From assembly GCF_030144855.1 (NCBI RefSeq), contig NC_082716.1, positions 80,476,001 to 80,540,000 of the forward strand: DNA of 64,000 nucleotides, given 5' to 3'. Under the pieces are notes generated by a model. It saw only the letters and a program-made list of their open reading frames with translations. It was not told where the DNA came from and did no database searches. This DNA is from Hypanus sabinus (lineage: Eukaryota). The translations under genes and the position numbers were made by a program. Positions 62,431 to 64,000 of the stretch are shown here, in pieces. Within the stretch, counting starts at the first letter, position 1. Each line of letters starts with the position of its first letter.

Positions 62431-63483
62431 ATTAGTAGATTAGATCCCTAGACTTGGTGTAGGCCATGTTCTATAGACAAAAGTACAAAATAATTTTGCA
62501 ACACAGGCCTGAAATCATTTTGTGCTTCTCTCCTAGCTCATCTAATTTCTGAGCAATACTCTGGCTCCTCAGACAATTAAGACAAAAAGACACCAATATT
62601 TTACAGAAACAATTGCTTTTAAATTTAAATTTCATGGATTGCAATTTGGGAAGAAAAATCTACAACTAGGAACCAGCAGTACCATGGAAGTGAAAATGGT
62701 TACACACGTACTTTTAAATGTGCCAAAATTGTTATCTCCACTCATGTTTCTTTACATGGCACAAAGCTTTGCTTGTCCATTGCTTCGCTGTTAGTTAGCA
62801 CAGGCCTTATTTTGATTTTCCGTATCTTTGGCACAATGGCTGTTTTTAATATTGTCAAGTTTCTTTACCTGGAAGGATTTAGACTAGCTCATGATGATTA
62901 GAGTTCACAGAATGTGTTGTAAAAAGTATTTTATTAAAGAGTAAGCACCTTTGACCAGCACTACAGTGCCTCAAATCTATCTCAGCATTTTTTCTATGTC
63001 ATCAGTAATTGTCTTGAGGCTGCACTGAGATAGTCAAAATTATCTAAATTTTAAACAAGGATTGAATTCATAACATCACAGATCTGAACATCTGCACAAA
63101 ATCATTTTTTTCGGCTGCAGGACCGGTCTTTAATCTTTGATTTGAAGAAAAACTTAACTTCCATTATATGAAGTAATTTATTTTAGCACTGATCCTCATG
63201 TCTGTATTCAAGTGTAATCTTCTTTACTGATATCACTTCTACAATGATCTGTTGCAGATGGAGCAAAACTGACATTAATATGGTGTTACCAACATAAAAC
63301 AGTCTTCAGTGTTCAAGAGGCTTCCAGCTGGTATTGTCTCAATTACTCCTCCTTCCCCTTGCTCAGATCCAATTCCTCTCCAGGCCCCCCTGCCCCTTCT
63401 ACTGAACTTTGCTACCATTTATGCTTTCCCCTCCACACTCCCACCCAGATTTATCTCAAATAGCCCACTTGGAATGAGACACA

Positions 63484-63683
63484 NNNNNNNNNNNNNNNNN
63501 NNNNNNNNNNNNNNNNNNNNNNNNNNNNNNNNNNNNNNNNNNNNNNNNNNNNNNNNNNNNNNNNNNNNNNNNNNNNNNNNNNNNNNNNNNNNNNNNNNNN
63601 NNNNNNNNNNNNNNNNNNNNNNNNNNNNNNNNNNNNNNNNNNNNNNNNNNNNNNNNNNNNNNNNNNNNNNNNNNNNNNNNNNN
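63484..63683. other. Assembly gap (200 N)
   Basis: A run of exactly 200 N. Confidence 1.
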
Positions 63684-64000
63684 CTGATCCGGGAGCTACT
63701 GCATGCACAAGAACGGCACTGATCGCAGTATGATATTTCATTCCAAGAGACACAGAGACATCAGTCAAGATAGTGTGCCCAAGTCTCTGAAATATGGCAA
63801 GTGTGGGCATACAATTTTGATGATTCAGAACCAAACATACACTTTGGAGCCATGACTCAGTGGATTCTGCTCAAGATCTCTAGCCTTTCTTACTGCCCCC
63901 TGAATGCAATCTGAAGCAGTACAATATCCTTATCATTCCTGTATGCGATCACCATGTTCCAAAGCACATGCAGGAACAGTACAAACAGCTTCTGTGATGC

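Noticed and set aside
63309-63834. ORFs spanning the N run
   Set aside because: Artefacts of the assembly gap.

Overview
This is a eukaryotic (vertebrate) genomic window, AT-rich and dense in transposons. The repeat landscape (Penelope-like elements, CR1 and Rex/Babar-type LINEs, Gypsy LTR elements, Tc1/mariner, hAT MITEs) suggests a cartilaginous fish, probably a ray; this is inference. I recognise only one intact host gene: a single-coding-exon APOBEC4 (51276-52388, +). In tetrapods APOBEC4 lies antisense in an RGL1 intron, so much of the window may be intronic, but I found no RGL1 coding exon. The most unusual object is an old minus-strand Gypsy-type LTR element (6298-9802). It keeps both LTRs, a PBS-like site, a PPT and a decayed gag. 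Its pol is almost wholly replaced by a spliced, intronless copy of the 5' half of the host EIF4ENIF1 (4E-T) mRNA, which is LTR-mediated gene capture. Also present: a young near-intact Gypsy element (40008-44203; about 96-97% LTR identity, GCAT TSD, tRNA-Trp PBS, 1048-codon pol frame disconnected from the gag -1 frameshift), a Gypsy-in-Gypsy nest (18835-27846), a full-length decayed Tc1 element, a 467-bp foldback mariner MITE, two hAT MITEs with perfect 8-bp TSDs, Penelope ends with degenerate minimal hammerhead-ribozyme motifs, a recent 94-bp tandem duplication and a 200-N assembly gap. All identifications come from recalled family sequences and by-eye alignment; no database searches were run.
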